Made by a program: the position numbers and the translations under genes. DNA of 64,000 nt from Octopus sinensis (Eukaryota). How positions within the stretch are numbered: the first letter of the stretch is position 1; every line of letters begins with the position of its first letter. Shown here piece after piece: positions 51,548 to 64,000 of this stretch. The stretch covers positions 18,104,001-18,168,000 of the forward strand of contig NC_043006.1 in NCBI RefSeq assembly GCF_006345805.1, in the 5' to 3' direction. The notes under the pieces were generated by a model. The model was not told the origin of the DNA, made no database searches, and saw nothing but the letters and a program-made list of their open reading frames with translations.

Positions 51548-52974
51548 ATGCAGTACTTCTCTATGGCTGTGAGAAGGTATGCAGTCATTGTGGCTATAAA
51601 GGCTGAACATAATAATTTAGAAATAGCACAATTTTCAAAAGTCATTAGATCCTTTGTCTACAAAATTCACAAGGAGTTAGAGGCCAAAGACAGAACTGTA
51701 TCATCAGTATCAAAATGTAAGAAACACTGTAGACACACTGACATTATTAGAACACCAGAATTTATTCAACAAGTAAAGCAGACCATTGATGACAATCCCA
51801 GAAGTTCCATAAGGTTAATTGCCAAAGAACACCATGTATCAGAAGGAACAATCCAAAATGTTGTCCACAAAGACATAACATACAAATCTTATGTGATAAG
51901 AAAAGGTCATTTCATGTCAGAAACAATGAAGGAAAATCCCTTAATCAGTTCTAAAAGACTCCTAAACAAACTTAAAAACCCAGCAGAGAAAGATATCATT
52001 TGGTTCTTCTCAGATGAGGAAAATTTTCATCAAGATCAGAAAGTAAACAGAAGAAATGACAGATGGCTATATGCAGACCCTTCGTAAGTTCCAAGAGAAA
52101 TACATACAAAATTTCCTGCAACTGTCATGGTTTGGGGGGTTGTCAGCAATGAAGGACATGTGATGCCTCCTCACTTCTTTCCACAAGGTCTTCGAGTAAA
52201 CTCTGCTGCCTACACAGATGTTCTGAATACAGCGATTAAGTCATGAATCAATAACGTACGCAACGGAAAACCTTATGTGTTTCAACAAGACTTGGCTACA
52301 GACAAGGCTACAGCAACACAGGAATGGATGACGGAATATTTTCATGACCACATAGCCCCCAACATTTGGCCTCCTAGCTCCCCAAATCTCAATCCATTGG
52401 ACTACTATGTATGGAGCATAGTTGAGAAAGAGGTTTATGAGCACCCTCATCATCATCATCATCATGGTTTAACGTCCATTTTCCATGCTAGCATGGGTTG
52501 GACGGTTCGACCAGGGTCTGGGAAGCCAGGAGGCTGCACCAGGCTCCAGTCTGATCTGGCAGTGTTTCTGCAGCTGGATGCCCTTCCTAACGCCAACCAC
52601 TCTGTGAGTGTAGTGGGTGCTTTTTACGTGCCACCAGCACAGATACCAGGAGAGGCAGGCAACGGCCACAATCGGTTGGTGCTTTTTACATGCCACCGAC
52701 ATGGAAGCCATAACACCAAAAAATCCCTAAAAGCCTCCATAGTCAGAGTAATGTCCAATTTGAACACAGACCACTTGATCCTAGCATGTAGGTAATTCAG
52801 ACCTCGCATAGAAGCCCTTATTGAAGCTGAAAGAGACTTTATTGAGTAAAATGAGGAAACAATATGTTTATTCTTATCCTCAAAACCTTTTTCAGTAAAA
52901 AGCCATTATTGTCTGTTTCTAAGAGTCATTTTTGTGTAAGTATATAACTGGCCTCAAATACTTTATGCACCCTG

Positions 52975-52976
<2 letters not shown>
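51548..52976 (+). pseudogene. Near-complete but inactivated maT/DD37D-like mariner transposase, with right TIR
   Basis: WFFSDE...; VMVWGVVS; FQQD-x36-D (WPPSSPNLNPLDY); several in-frame stops. Ends ...tttatgcaccctg|ta (CAGGGTG TIR plus TA). Left TIR not seen. Confidence 0.92.
52451..52711 (-). mobile_element. (GAT)n-tailed RTE-like element nested in the mariner ORF
   Basis: Splits EHPH|NTKKSL; short CAT duplication; ~261 nt. Confidence 0.9.
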
Positions 52977-53008
<32 letters not shown>

Positions 53009-53579
53009 CGTGGGCGGGGGGGGGGGCGAGTGTGTGCATATGTAAATATGCATGAGCATGTATGTGATGTGTGTGTGTTTGTATGTCTGTATGGAATTGT
53101 GTAAACAAGTGGATAGATTGATAAATTGTTATATTTAATAAATTACAACAAAACACATTCAAAAATTTCCCATACATGAGATTTCAATAATTAATTATTT
53201 CTGTTTAATAAACTTGCTTTATTTATTTTAATTTGCCTTAAACAGCCACAGCAAAAACACATTTCAAAATGAAATAACTTAATAATAATTCCATGTTATA
53301 ATAGGAATATTTCTTCTTAAAATAATATAATCAGAAAATTTCTTCTTCAAACAAATAAAAGAATCCTTAACCACATATGGTATCCAACACACATACAGAT
53401 AATTACCCGTTAGAGATTTAGTGCCAACACATTATGTGTACTTTCCTTTTACTCTTTTGTTAGTGTCAGTCATTGAACTATGGTCAGTCTAAGGCATTGA
53501 CATGAAGAGTGGAGTCAAGTGGAATCATTAAAACGCCAAAAACGTAAAATAGTTAATTTATTTTAATACAGGTAATTCT

Positions 53580-53781
53580 TTATCTTTTAATCGTTATTTG
53601 TTTCAGTTTATTAGACTGTAGCCATGCTGGGGTACTGCCTTGATGGGTTTTAGTCAGACAAATCGACTCGAAGGACTTTTTTTTTTTTTTAAGCCTAGTA
53701 TTTATTCTATTGGTCTCTTTTGCTGAACTGCCAAGTAATGGGGAAACACACAAACACACACACACACACACATACACAAAC

Positions 53782-53814
<33 letters not shown>

Positions 53815-53874
53815 AATACACACACACATACACACACATGCGCACACACACACACACAAAACACACACACAAAT

Positions 53875-53927
<53 letters not shown>

Positions 53928-53946
53928 AACACACGCACACACACAA

Positions 53947-53979
<33 letters not shown>

Positions 53980-54480
53980 CACACACAAACACACACACAC
54001 ACACACACACACAAACACGCACACACACACACACACGCACACACACACACACAACACACACACACACACACACATGCATACATACCCATGTGTCGATGAT
54101 ACATTTCTTTCAGCCAGTCTGTTTGTGTATCCCTCTCTTTACATCTAACTTTGTGTTCATCTTCCTCTCCACCTCAGTATATTATCCGTATTTTGCTTGG
54201 TAACTCTCTTATTCGCTCAAGCCATTTAGCTCTCCATCCAGCTGTCAAGCAGTGGAGGGGGACCAACACACACACAGACACACACACACATACACATACA
54301 CACATATGTACAATGGGCCTTTAGTTTCCATCTACCAAATCCACTTACAGGGCTTTGGTCGGCCTGAGGTTATAGTAGAAGATACAAGCCCAAGGTGCCA
54401 AGCTGTGGGACTGAACCCAGAACAATGTTGTTGAGAAGCAAGCTTCTTACCACACAGTCATGCCTGCACTTACAAACACA
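53580..54480 (-). mobile_element. SINE family A copy whose internal microsatellite expanded to ~350 bp of (CA)n
   Basis: 3' body at 53580-53735, (CA)n at 53736-54085, head and core at ~54305-54470. Confidence 0.8.
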
Positions 54481-54949
54481 CAGTCACGCCCACTTACAGG
54501 TAAAGTATGTATTTTTGGTTTATTTATATGGTAGAATATGAAAACAAGTTTGATGCAATGTTATCAATAGGGATGGCATTCATGCAAATGATACGCATAC
54601 ATAACACCATAATACTAAACACACTTCTACAGGAGGCCATATATTTCATTTGCCCCTAGGCTCCAAAGAATCTAAAAGATACTGCAAATAACAGGTTTCA
54701 AGGATCTCAACCCAAGACAAAAGCTTGAACAATGAGTTGAGGACAATATTTCAATTGGAAATCAAAACTGTAACTTGCTACTGCTTTTCAATAGCTGACA
54801 TCTATTCTATATCATGAGAACAATATTCATAGATACACACACATGCATACACACAAATATTTGTACATATATATATATCTAAATATATATAAATATATAT
54901 ATCTAATATAGGATAAAATTTTTCAAAAAAAATTCTAGCAAAGGTTAAA

Positions 54950-55355
54950 TTTATAAACAATTTATAACTGAGGGCAAAAGAAAAAATTTCTAATGCCAAA
55001 ATATCCCGAAAATAGACACAATGTCAATAACCATTATAATTCATCACAACAAGCATGCGTTTCGAAGAAAGCCGACAGAAATTTCTAAAAAATCCCGATA
55101 TTACCATATCGGACCTGATTTCAGAGTTAGTTCATAAGAACCTTCCCTTCATCAGTGATAAATGCGGTTAAGAAATAAGTGAAATACCTACTTACACCCA
55201 TGGGTGTAATGGTAATACGGGATTTTTTAGAAATTTCTGTCGGCTTTCTTCAAAATGCGTGCTTGTAGTGATAAACTACATGGTTATTGACATTGTGTCT
55301 ATTTTCGGCATATTTTGGCATTAGAAATTTTTTATTTCGCCCTTACTTATAAATT

Positions 55356-55360
<5 letters not shown>
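54950..55360. repeat. (TA)n-bounded inverted-repeat element (arms ~155 bp, ~100-nt spacer)
   Basis: ttctaatgccaaaatat...gaagaaagccgacagaaatttctaaaaaatcccg mirrored at ~55210-55358. Confidence 0.9.
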
Positions 55361-55391
<31 letters not shown>

Positions 55392-55483
55392 TAAATTAGA
55401 GATAAAATCACTATTAGGCAACTCAAAGAGTGATAGACATAAACCAAGAATCAAGTATGATGGCAGCCACCAAGGAGTACATT

Positions 55484-55567
55484 ATCCTGATGATGGAGAT
55501 ATTACAAATAAGGAAGTTTTAATTTTTTAACCCTGACCAGTAATGTACCTCTGAAATGGCCGTAGAT
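55484..55567 (+). ncRNA. Type I hammerhead motif with an elongated stem II
   Basis: atc-CTGATGA-t-ggagatattac...gtaatgtacctct-GAA-ATGGCCGT-A-gat. Canonical core, near-palindromic stem III, GUA site. Confidence 0.55.
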
Positions 55568-56066
55568 GGAACACCCTCCTATTTTTCAGATCCTTTTTAT
55601 TTACTGCTCTTAACCTTGATATCTTGTGTCACTATGATCTCATATCTTAGATGTATTAGAAATTTTAGACGTTTGACATTTTTATTCCTATATTTATCAA
55701 CCTCTCATTCGTTTTGTGCTTCCTATATTTATCACGCGTAACTTTTTACATGTAATTCTTATTTATATGTGATTTTATATGTATTTTTGTATATTTTTAT
55801 ATGCTTTTATATCTCTCCTATATTTTTATGTATGTTTGGTTTTATTTTTTATACCCTGGAGAATCTTTACGCCTATACATGCATGATTTATGTTGATGTG
55901 TATGAATATATATGATTCAATTACATTTATTGACTATCTTCATTTATGCGTTTGGGAATTTGGTTGACTGCAGAGGATTTGCGTTTTCATTTTCCTCTAC
56001 CTTGTATTATTTCACATTGGCTCTCTATGAGCACTCCATAAATATCCCATACTTTCTATAACATAC

Positions 56067-56128
<62 letters not shown>

Positions 56129-56149
56129 TGGTCATCACATATTTTTCTT

Positions 56150-56445
56150 TATTGCAGTAAATTCGACTTACAGCTGTTTCCAGTAGTCATTATGGGTTTA
56201 TTATTAATAGGTTTACTCAATAGGTTCATTGATCAGTTGAGAAGAATTGAACACCCTAAAAACTTAATGCTACTTTCATTAGAGTCATTTCATCAGAGTC
56301 ATTTCTAGTTATGACTCTGACAAAGCAGCATTAGCTTTTTAGGTCATTCAAGTTTTCACAACCAATCAATGGACTAATTGAATAAACTTAATAACAAACC
56401 TATAATGACTACTGGAAACAACTGTAAGTCAAAATTACTACAATA
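56150..56445. ncRNA. Diverged inverted repeat carrying two oppositely oriented hammerhead motifs with ~95-110 nt stem II inserts
   Basis: Minus strand 56165-56300: gact-CTGATGA...ctactg-GAA-ACAGCTGT-A-agtc. Plus strand 56313-56430: gact-CTGACAA...ctactg-GAA-ACAACTGT-A-agtc. Confidence 0.55.
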
Positions 56446-57052
56446 AAGTATTTTTTATGATTTATACCATTTCCTTCTTCTAACAAGCTAACTTTATGAA
56501 GAAGTGCTTGAACTCAAAATGTCACAAACTTTTCATGCTTTATTGAGCATCAAATGAATAATTCTGTCTTTCAAACACATACACACATACATATGTATAT
56601 ACACTTAATATACATTCATACATACTTACGTATGCAGTCATGCATATAAACATCACATTTTGAATGCAGTGGTTTTATCAAAGATAGACCATGTGATGTT
56701 TGTAGACTCACTCATATTTTCTGTTTTCCCAGGCATGTTTTGAGATCAGTCTAGTACTTTCTTTGTATGGCTATTTCAAAGAGTTATTGTATTAATGTAA
56801 TTGGCTTTAAAATGTGTTTTCTGTTAAGCCGACATGTTACTTATTCACAGATATGCACATAGATACACTCTCACATGTTCATAGACAGTCCCACAGATAT
56901 ATACATACATACATATGCACATACAAACCCATATATTGAAACTGAAAGTCTATGCAAAATATACATTCAGATTTAATTTCAATAAATCATATACTCTATA
57001 ACATTATACTGAGTATTCTTCTCCTATTTTTTAGACACAATTCAATATCATA

Positions 57053-57092
<40 letters not shown>

Positions 57093-57129
57093 TTTATAGT
57101 AATTTGTTGGCATTTGCCCTTTGAATACT

Positions 57130-57460
57130 GGGTGATATGCTGTGCTTGAGAAGACCTATCATGCCAAAAAAACACTGTTTGAATGTTGAGCCTTACAGAG
57201 GCAGTGACAGGGGACTGAGACCTTTGGCACTATGCTGTGCTTGAGAAGACCTGTCAAGCCAAGTGAGATTGTAGTCATGGCTGATGCCAGTATCATGTAA
57301 CTGGCACATAAAATGCACCCACTGCACTGTAAGAGTGGTTGGCTTCAGGAAGGGCATCCAATCAGATTGGAACTTGGGGCAGCTCCCAGGTTTACCAGTT
57401 CTGTCAAATCATCCAACTTATGCCAGCATTGAAAACAGACATTAAATGGTGATGATGATA
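57130..57460 (+). mobile_element. (GAT)n-tailed RTE-like 3' element, old copy
   Basis: gagtggttggcttcaggaagggcatcc...gacattaaatggtgatgatg. Confidence 0.7.
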
Positions 57461-58529
57461 ATGAGTATCCAGTATGTTGTGTGAGAGAATGTATTTATCA
57501 TAAGATAATAGACAAGTACTATAATTTTCTTATTTCTTTAAGCCACATGCTTAAACTGCACAAGATGGATTCCAATGAAGGTATTTCCTAGAATCATATC
57601 CTTCTAAAAATTCTCTATATAACAGTCTTTTCATTGATAAGGTTACTCATTCAAAGAGGTGAAATTTACGTTTCAGAACATCATATTAAAAATTACTCCC
57701 ACATCAATAACAAAGAGAACATCAGAGCTAATCTCAGCTTGCAGGCATAGAATGAAATTTTTGCAATATCTTTCCTGAATTATACATAAAGCAGCAGATA
57801 ATGTTGCACATACTGCAATATATTACGATCTGGTCTTTTGCTTTAGTAACCATTATAAAGATCATTTGGAAATTACTATACCCAAATTCTTGAATATTAA
57901 CCTGAAACTATGGCACAGAAACAACCAAAGTCATTAACCGTCTACAAAGACAAAATAATTTTATGGCATAACCATAAAATTCTTTAACACAATACAAAGA
58001 GAGCAATGTAAAGAAGAGATACTGGAGATACTACAATTCAAAAACACAAAAAGTTCCCTTAAATAACCAGTGCAAGGGTAACTGCAATTTGTATAGAAGC
58101 TACTACAACTAAAATGCAGCAATATATATATATGTATGTATGTATATGAGATAGGAAGTATGATCGTTAATTCCACATGGTTGAAGATACAAGGAAAGAG
58201 AAAAATGACGGACACAGAAAATTCGTTTTATATGACTAAAGAATATATTAGAATCATCATAGCAAATGTATTATATAATATTATACAAAATGAGATTTTT
58301 TTCTTCCAACATAATAACCAGTTTTGCTCACACTTTTCAACATCAGAGTTAGAGATTTTGTTTGCTAGGGTGGAGATAATTGGTAACCAAGGTATTTTTC
58401 AGTAAAGGGGAGGTAAATCTGTAATTTTTAATATTGATTTGTATTTGATTCTGGCTTATATCAATATTATATTCATTGGATGGGGTAAATCTTTACTTTT
58501 CAATATGGATTTATATTTAATTCTGCTTT

Positions 58530-59770
58530 ATATTTATCTATAAATGAGGCCTCTTTATTTAGTCACATTTGTGATGAGGTCCAAACAGCAAATTGATATA
58601 ATGGGGTGATTAGGAACTGTTGTTGCTGTTGTTCTGCACATCTGCCAATGTGTTCACTGAGATATATATGGCAATATTATGGGGAAGATATCTGTTGTCT
58701 GTGGATTGTATATCTTCATCTGATGGACATTCCTGTATAACCTATATAGTTTTTTATAAGAGCCCAAGCATCTGATTACATAAATGAGGTTTTCAGAGGC
58801 ACAAGGGAAGTTGGATTAAATTTTGATTATTTGCCCTTGTCTAAAATGGAATTCTGATCCTTCCAACACATTGAAACATGTTCCGCAGTTAGGATAGCCA
58901 CATTTTTTTACTCTTACATCTGTTGTTCTTGAGAATAATTTAGCATTTGTGAAGATCTTCTTTAATGTTTTTGGTTGTTTACTGCTTTTAATGATTTTAT
59001 GGGTACATAGAATTTCCTTCGGTTTGAGGTCCTTATGGAGCATTGAGAGATTTTGGACAATGATGTTAAATGCTTCTTTGTTTCTGGTATTGTATGTGGA
59101 TACATATGGTAGTGTTTTCAGAGTAGGTGTGTTTTTGTGTTTGACTTTCCTTGATGTTTTTATGTCAATCGATCTTGCATGTTTAATCCCATCATTTATA
59201 AGTTGAATTTGGTAGTGTCTGTCCATGAGTACGCTTTTAAGCTCTTGCAATAATCTTAGTTCTCTGGTATTTTTTTGGATACTATGGTGCAAATTTTTCT
59301 TGCAAGGTTGAAGGGGATATTTATTTTGATATGTCTCAAGTGGCATGAGCTAAATAATAGGTATTGTTAAGTGTCTGTGGTTTTGTAAAAAATGTCTGTT
59401 TCTATTTTTCGTTTATTTTTTTTAACCAGTATATCTAGGAATGGGAGTTCTTCTTGATTGTATTCCATTATAAATTTTGTGTTGATGTTAAAATTATTAA
59501 GGAGTCTTTTGAACTCCAGGAGTTTATCTAGTCGTTTTGATAGAATATCAATCTTTGTGGTTAATACAGATTCATATGACAGGTTAATTACCTTCAGTTT
59601 CTCCTGTATATCAAGTTCCCACCTGTGGCCCATTTTCTCTGGTCTGAGGCTAAAAAATGTTGGTTGTGGTTGTGTTGGTATGAGCTGTCTGCGTAAATGT
59701 AGGGGTTTGGGTTGGGTGTATGGCGATGTTGATGTCTTGGATTGTTTTGCGTGTATGGGTGTCTGAGGGT
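58530..59770 (-). pseudogene. Penelope-like element fragment: RT C-terminus plus GIY-YIG endonuclease
   Basis: KFIMEYNQEELPFLDILV...ETDIFYKTTDT; LPYVSTYN...KQPKTLK...KCGYPNCGTC; then NLIYVIRCLG. Stops and frameshifts present. Confidence 0.9.
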
Positions 59771-59974
59771 TCTTTAGTTAGCATTATATATATTTATATA
59801 TATATATAATATATACCAAATATATACGTTTTTATTATTATTTTGCAATTTACTTAATCATCGGTATATTATTGTTATTCTAATTTTAATATTTCTATTA
59901 TATGTAATTTTCTAGATGGTGTAATTTAATTGTTAATTTTGAATTGATAAAGGTGTTTTTTTTTCTAATTTATA

Positions 59975-60013
<39 letters not shown>

Positions 60014-60090
60014 TTTGTGAAATTTGATTTAGTATTTCTAAATTGAATTCTTCCCTGTAAGTTAGGAATAATATTCCCTCAAATAATTAT

Positions 60091-60136
<46 letters not shown>

Positions 60137-60293
60137 TTGTTTAATGTACACTGTACTAAAATAAGAGATACTAGTAGCTCCTTGCCATTAAGACACATGG
60201 TTAGTAGCTCTTATTTGAATTCAATGAACACTAAATAATATTTATCTCTCACTGGATGGAATATTTTTTGCTGATCTTACCTTAACAGAACAG

Positions 60294-60333
<40 letters not shown>

Positions 60334-61699
60334 AAGGCATGGCAAATGTTCAGTTGTTTATTATCTATGCTTATGTTTGTAGTTGTTTGTTTTTTGTTGA
60401 CCTTCTTGTGAAGGTGGCTGTTACGATGGTGTATCATTCTGAAAAAAAAAACAACCACTGACATTAAAAGATATATCCATAGATGCCAAACACTGTTGAC
60501 TAGATTCCATTTAAATACATTATACTGAACATTATGAAATGCATCTTATATGAACTGTAGGTTTGCCTTTACAGTTGTAATTCTAGAGTAGGGTTTTCAT
60601 AATCCGATTTATCAACGTTAAGCTGATAAGAGAAAAAGACCACTCTTTGAATTTAGCATTTTCTCTCTTTTGAGCTGTTTGCTTTTTGCCTCTCTACTAA
60701 TATCATCATGCTGTTCAGAATTACTTCAGAACAGAACATTGGAAGAACCAGGGCTATTTATAAGAATCTAGTTCTTCATACTCGATGTAAATTAAGATTT
60801 GCATTAATCCTCTCTTTCGCCCACCAGAACTAGCTATTAAGAAAACAATGTTAGCTGCAAGCCAGCTGCAGTGTTTGTATGTTGATTGTGTGACCTGTTA
60901 GAACTAGCAACTAAATTTCTCTCACATCGTATCCTTTTAAAACAAGGAAGTGCACACTGAAGAGTGCTTACTTGGAAGTATTACATTTGGTAAAAATTAG
61001 ATGAGGTGGACACATCTGTAGCACTTTTGATAGTAGATCTGCTTGATTAGAACTAAATTAAACAACTTCAGTTAATAAATGTTTCAGTAATCCACCATAT
61101 GAGAAGCTCTACTATGTTGTTTTCATTGAACACTCCATGTATTATATCTTACTGAATGTCTGACTTGCTTGATATTGTAGGGAATACGACTGTGCGTAAG
61201 GAGTTGGTGACGTTAACGTCTCCTTTAAAACGCCACACGGTCGCCCTAACAAAATAAGAAGCCAAATACATGATATAAAGTATACAGTGACTAGACCTTA
61301 GAAGGTCTAGAGCCAAAGACCAATAATAGTCTGTTGATCTCGCCCTTTTAAAGGGTTTAGGTGGCTCAAATGAAGCATAAGAAAAACAGTGTCAAGGAAC
61401 CTTATCCAAAGGCCATGATTGGCTGGCTTACACACTGGTGCAAAATAAGTCAAAAGACAAACTGTGCCAAATGCCAACCAATCAGAGCAGTGGACATAAC
61501 AGGGTCAAATTAGCCAAAGATGGTTGTTATCTACCATGAGATCATTTCTAATATATCTCTCAAACAGTGAGGATATAAGCTACACTAAAATATATATATC
61601 TTCCTAGGTTTATAACATGGTGGAAATATTTTCGATGTTTGTTGTTTGAATTATAAATAAAATAAAACAGAAAAAATCTCAGTAGGATAGGGAAAATAT

Positions 61700-61880
61700 A
61701 TTTATGTGTTATGTTACTATGTTCCTTCCATCGGTCTTCTCCACCCACTATCCTTGGGATGGTCATGGGGGTAGAGTCTTCATGTACCTCTTCCACAGGG
61801 TCCAATCAAAAGTAACTGTCATTGCATTTTCCGGCTGGATTCCCAAGCATGACCATCTGAGACTCTGGGTACTATCCAAC
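61700..61880 (-). pseudogene. Decayed RTE-like LINE C-terminal fragment
   Basis: RLRWSCLGI...WKRY...G*WVEKT loosely fits RLRWxGH...GKRxxGRP. Confidence 0.3.
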
Positions 61881-61938
61881 CACCTTGTTCTTAGTCTACC
61901 TCTTTATTGAAATGCTGCTGTGTACATTTATATATAAA

Positions 61939-62311
61939 CTAGCAGTATCGCCCGGCGTTGCTCGGGTTTGTAAGGGAAATAACTATAAAGCATTTTTAGA
62001 GAGTTATAGCCAAAAAATGGAAAAAAATTATGGTAAATTTTTTTTTTTTAGTTAAAAAGGTCGAGTTGCGTCCCCTAGACAGTCTGTGGTTTGTGTTTCT
62101 GATTCTCGACCCCATGTCGAATTTATCGATTTTTTTCAGAACTGGGGGAACTTTTCAAAATTTTCGCTGCGTTAGTTTTGAATTATGACATTGGGCTATG
62201 TGTGTGTCAAGTTTCATCAGAATCGGTTGAAAGCCGTGGTCAGGGTGAGGGTACAACCTAACAGACACACAGAAACACACACAGACAAACTGCCGTTTAT
62301 ATATAGAGAGA
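61939..62311 (-). mobile_element. Non-autonomous Helitron (373 bp)
   Basis: Minus strand A|TC...CTAG|T. Subterminal hairpin cccg-N8-cggg (61951-61966), no TSD, and an internal (CAGA/CA) repeat as in Lep1-like Helitrons. Confidence 0.8.
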
Positions 62312-62317
62312 TAATAG

Positions 62318-62555
62318 TATTCTTATTTCTTTACTACCCACAAGGGGCTAAACATAGAGGGGACAAACAAGGACAGACAAAGGGATTAAGTCGATTACAT
62401 CGACCCCAGTGCATAACTGGTACTTAATTTATTGACCCCGAAAGGATGAAAGGCAAAGTCAACCTCGGCGGAATTTGAACTCAGAATGTAACGGCAGACG
62501 AAATGCCGATAAGCATTTCACCCGGCATGCTAATGATTCTGCCAGCTCGCCGCCT
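62318..62555 (-). mobile_element. SINE family D, full length
   Basis: Reverse-complement match to 43937-44170. Confidence 0.88.
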
Positions 62556-63011
62556 TTATATAAATAATAGTATTCTGTAGGTATCTGTCAGTCCCAAGAG
62601 ACCATGGATCTGCACCTGAAGAAAATGTATCAGCTGCTGATGGTAGTGCAGCGTCTTCTGCACCACACAGGATAGGCAGACACACATACAATGACTGCAC
62701 TTGAAGGAGTTCTCTACCAGTGCTACTGGTTTTTTCTTGTTTTCTTTGGTACCCACTCAAATAATGGAGTTGATACTATCACCTAGACTCTTCCCCAATA
62801 TTCGCTGCCTTGTACTTAAGATAGAAATGAAAATTCTTTATTGATTGAAGGTTCCTTAATCAGTGATTAAAATAAAACTGTATACATTTATATCAAGCAC
62901 GTTCCACTACACTGTATACATTTATATCTAGCACATTCCAATACACTCAAATATGAAAAGATTTATCTTTGGAAATTCTCAGGTGGGAAACCTCACCCTC
63001 TTATATACTGT

Positions 63012-63210
63012 CATCATCATCATCATCATCATCGTTTAACGTCCGCTTTCCATGCTAGCATGGGTTGGACGATTTTGACTGAGGGCTGGTGAACCAGATG
63101 GCTGCACCAGGCTCCAATCTTGATTTGGCAGAGTTTCTACAGCTGGATGCTCTTCCTAATGCCAACCACTCCGAGAGTGTAGTAGGTACTTTTTACGTGC
63201 CACCAACATG
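63012..63210 (-). mobile_element. (GAT)n-tailed RTE-like 3' element
   Basis: Family match. Confidence 0.85.
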
Positions 63211-63486
63211 GGCTGTGTATGTAAAAACACACAACTAGGCTGTGATGGAAGTCATAGGATCATAGGACACATGTTTCTGCATAGTTATGCTTCATCAGCT
63301 GTGAACATCGAATTCAGTATACATAGTTGATGAAGTATATCAACACAGAAACACATGTCTTGTGGTCTGATAATGTCACTTAAAGCTCAGTTCAATGTGT
63401 TTTCACTCATATATTATCTATAAGGAGAGTATCTCTCCTGAAATAGTTTCCACAGAGATCTTTCCAAGTTTTAATGTACACAAACA

Positions 63487-63810
63487 TCATCTTCATCATC
63501 ATCATTTAACGTCCGCTTTCCATGCTAGCATGGGTTGGACGATTTGACTGAGGTCTGGCGAACCAAACTCCAATATGATCTGGCAGAGTTTCTACAGCTG
63601 GATGCCCTTCCTAATGTCAACCACTCCGGGAGTGTAGTAGGTGTTTTCACGTGCCACCGGCATGAGGGCCAGTTTGGTGGCACTGGCAACGGCCACGCCC
63701 AAATGGTGCTTTTTATGTGCCACCTGCACAGGAGCCAGTCCAGTGGCACTGGCGACGACCTCGCTTGAATGTTTCACATGCCACCAGCACAAGTGCTAGT
63801 AAGGCAACGC
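63487..63810 (-). mobile_element. (GAT)n-tailed RTE-like 3' element
   Basis: Family match with three hairpin subrepeats. Confidence 0.85.
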
Positions 63811-64000
63811 GGTAACGATTACACAACTATATTCTTCTCAAATTTTTCATTTTCTCTTTTCCTCTGTAATTTATTTACACCATTGTTTATTGAATCAAAA
63901 TTCAGTTTGTTTTATTGGTCAACCCTAATCCCAAAATCCCATAATTTATTAAATTACTGTTAAATCTATATAGATTTATTTCTTTATTGCCCACAGGGGG

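Noticed and set aside
53580-54203. ORFs of 121-174 aa (HT/CV repeats)
   Set aside because: They are translations of a (CA)n tract.
55040-55160. Possible minus-strand hammerhead (CTGATGA at ~55149-55155, GAAAC at ~55053-55057)
   Set aside because: Stem II and the NUH/stem I register could not be paired consistently.

Overview
AT-rich, repeat-dense animal genomic DNA. It is most likely an octopus or other cephalopod, inferred from the tRNA-derived SINE families and the microsatellite load. No complete protein-coding gene, rRNA, true tRNA or CRISPR array is supported, and most ORFs in the track are microsatellite or SINE artefacts. The window holds four recurring SINE families, about 14 copies of a (GAT)n-tailed RTE-like 3' element, and fragments of R4/Dong, RTE, CR1 and Penelope-like (PLE) retroelements. 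It also holds four decayed Tc1/mariner remnants, hAT and piggyBac MITEs, a small Helitron and several long palindromes. Two short stretches look like orphan exons of an unidentified + strand host gene (low confidence). The most notable signal is at least five distinct hammerhead-ribozyme (HHR) motifs in small (TA)n-embedded PLE-type elements. Two of these are arranged as inverted ribozyme pairs, and three of the five have enlarged stem II inserts. All assignments are by eye; no searches or folding were run, and repeat boundaries are approximate unless a TSD or TIR is quoted.
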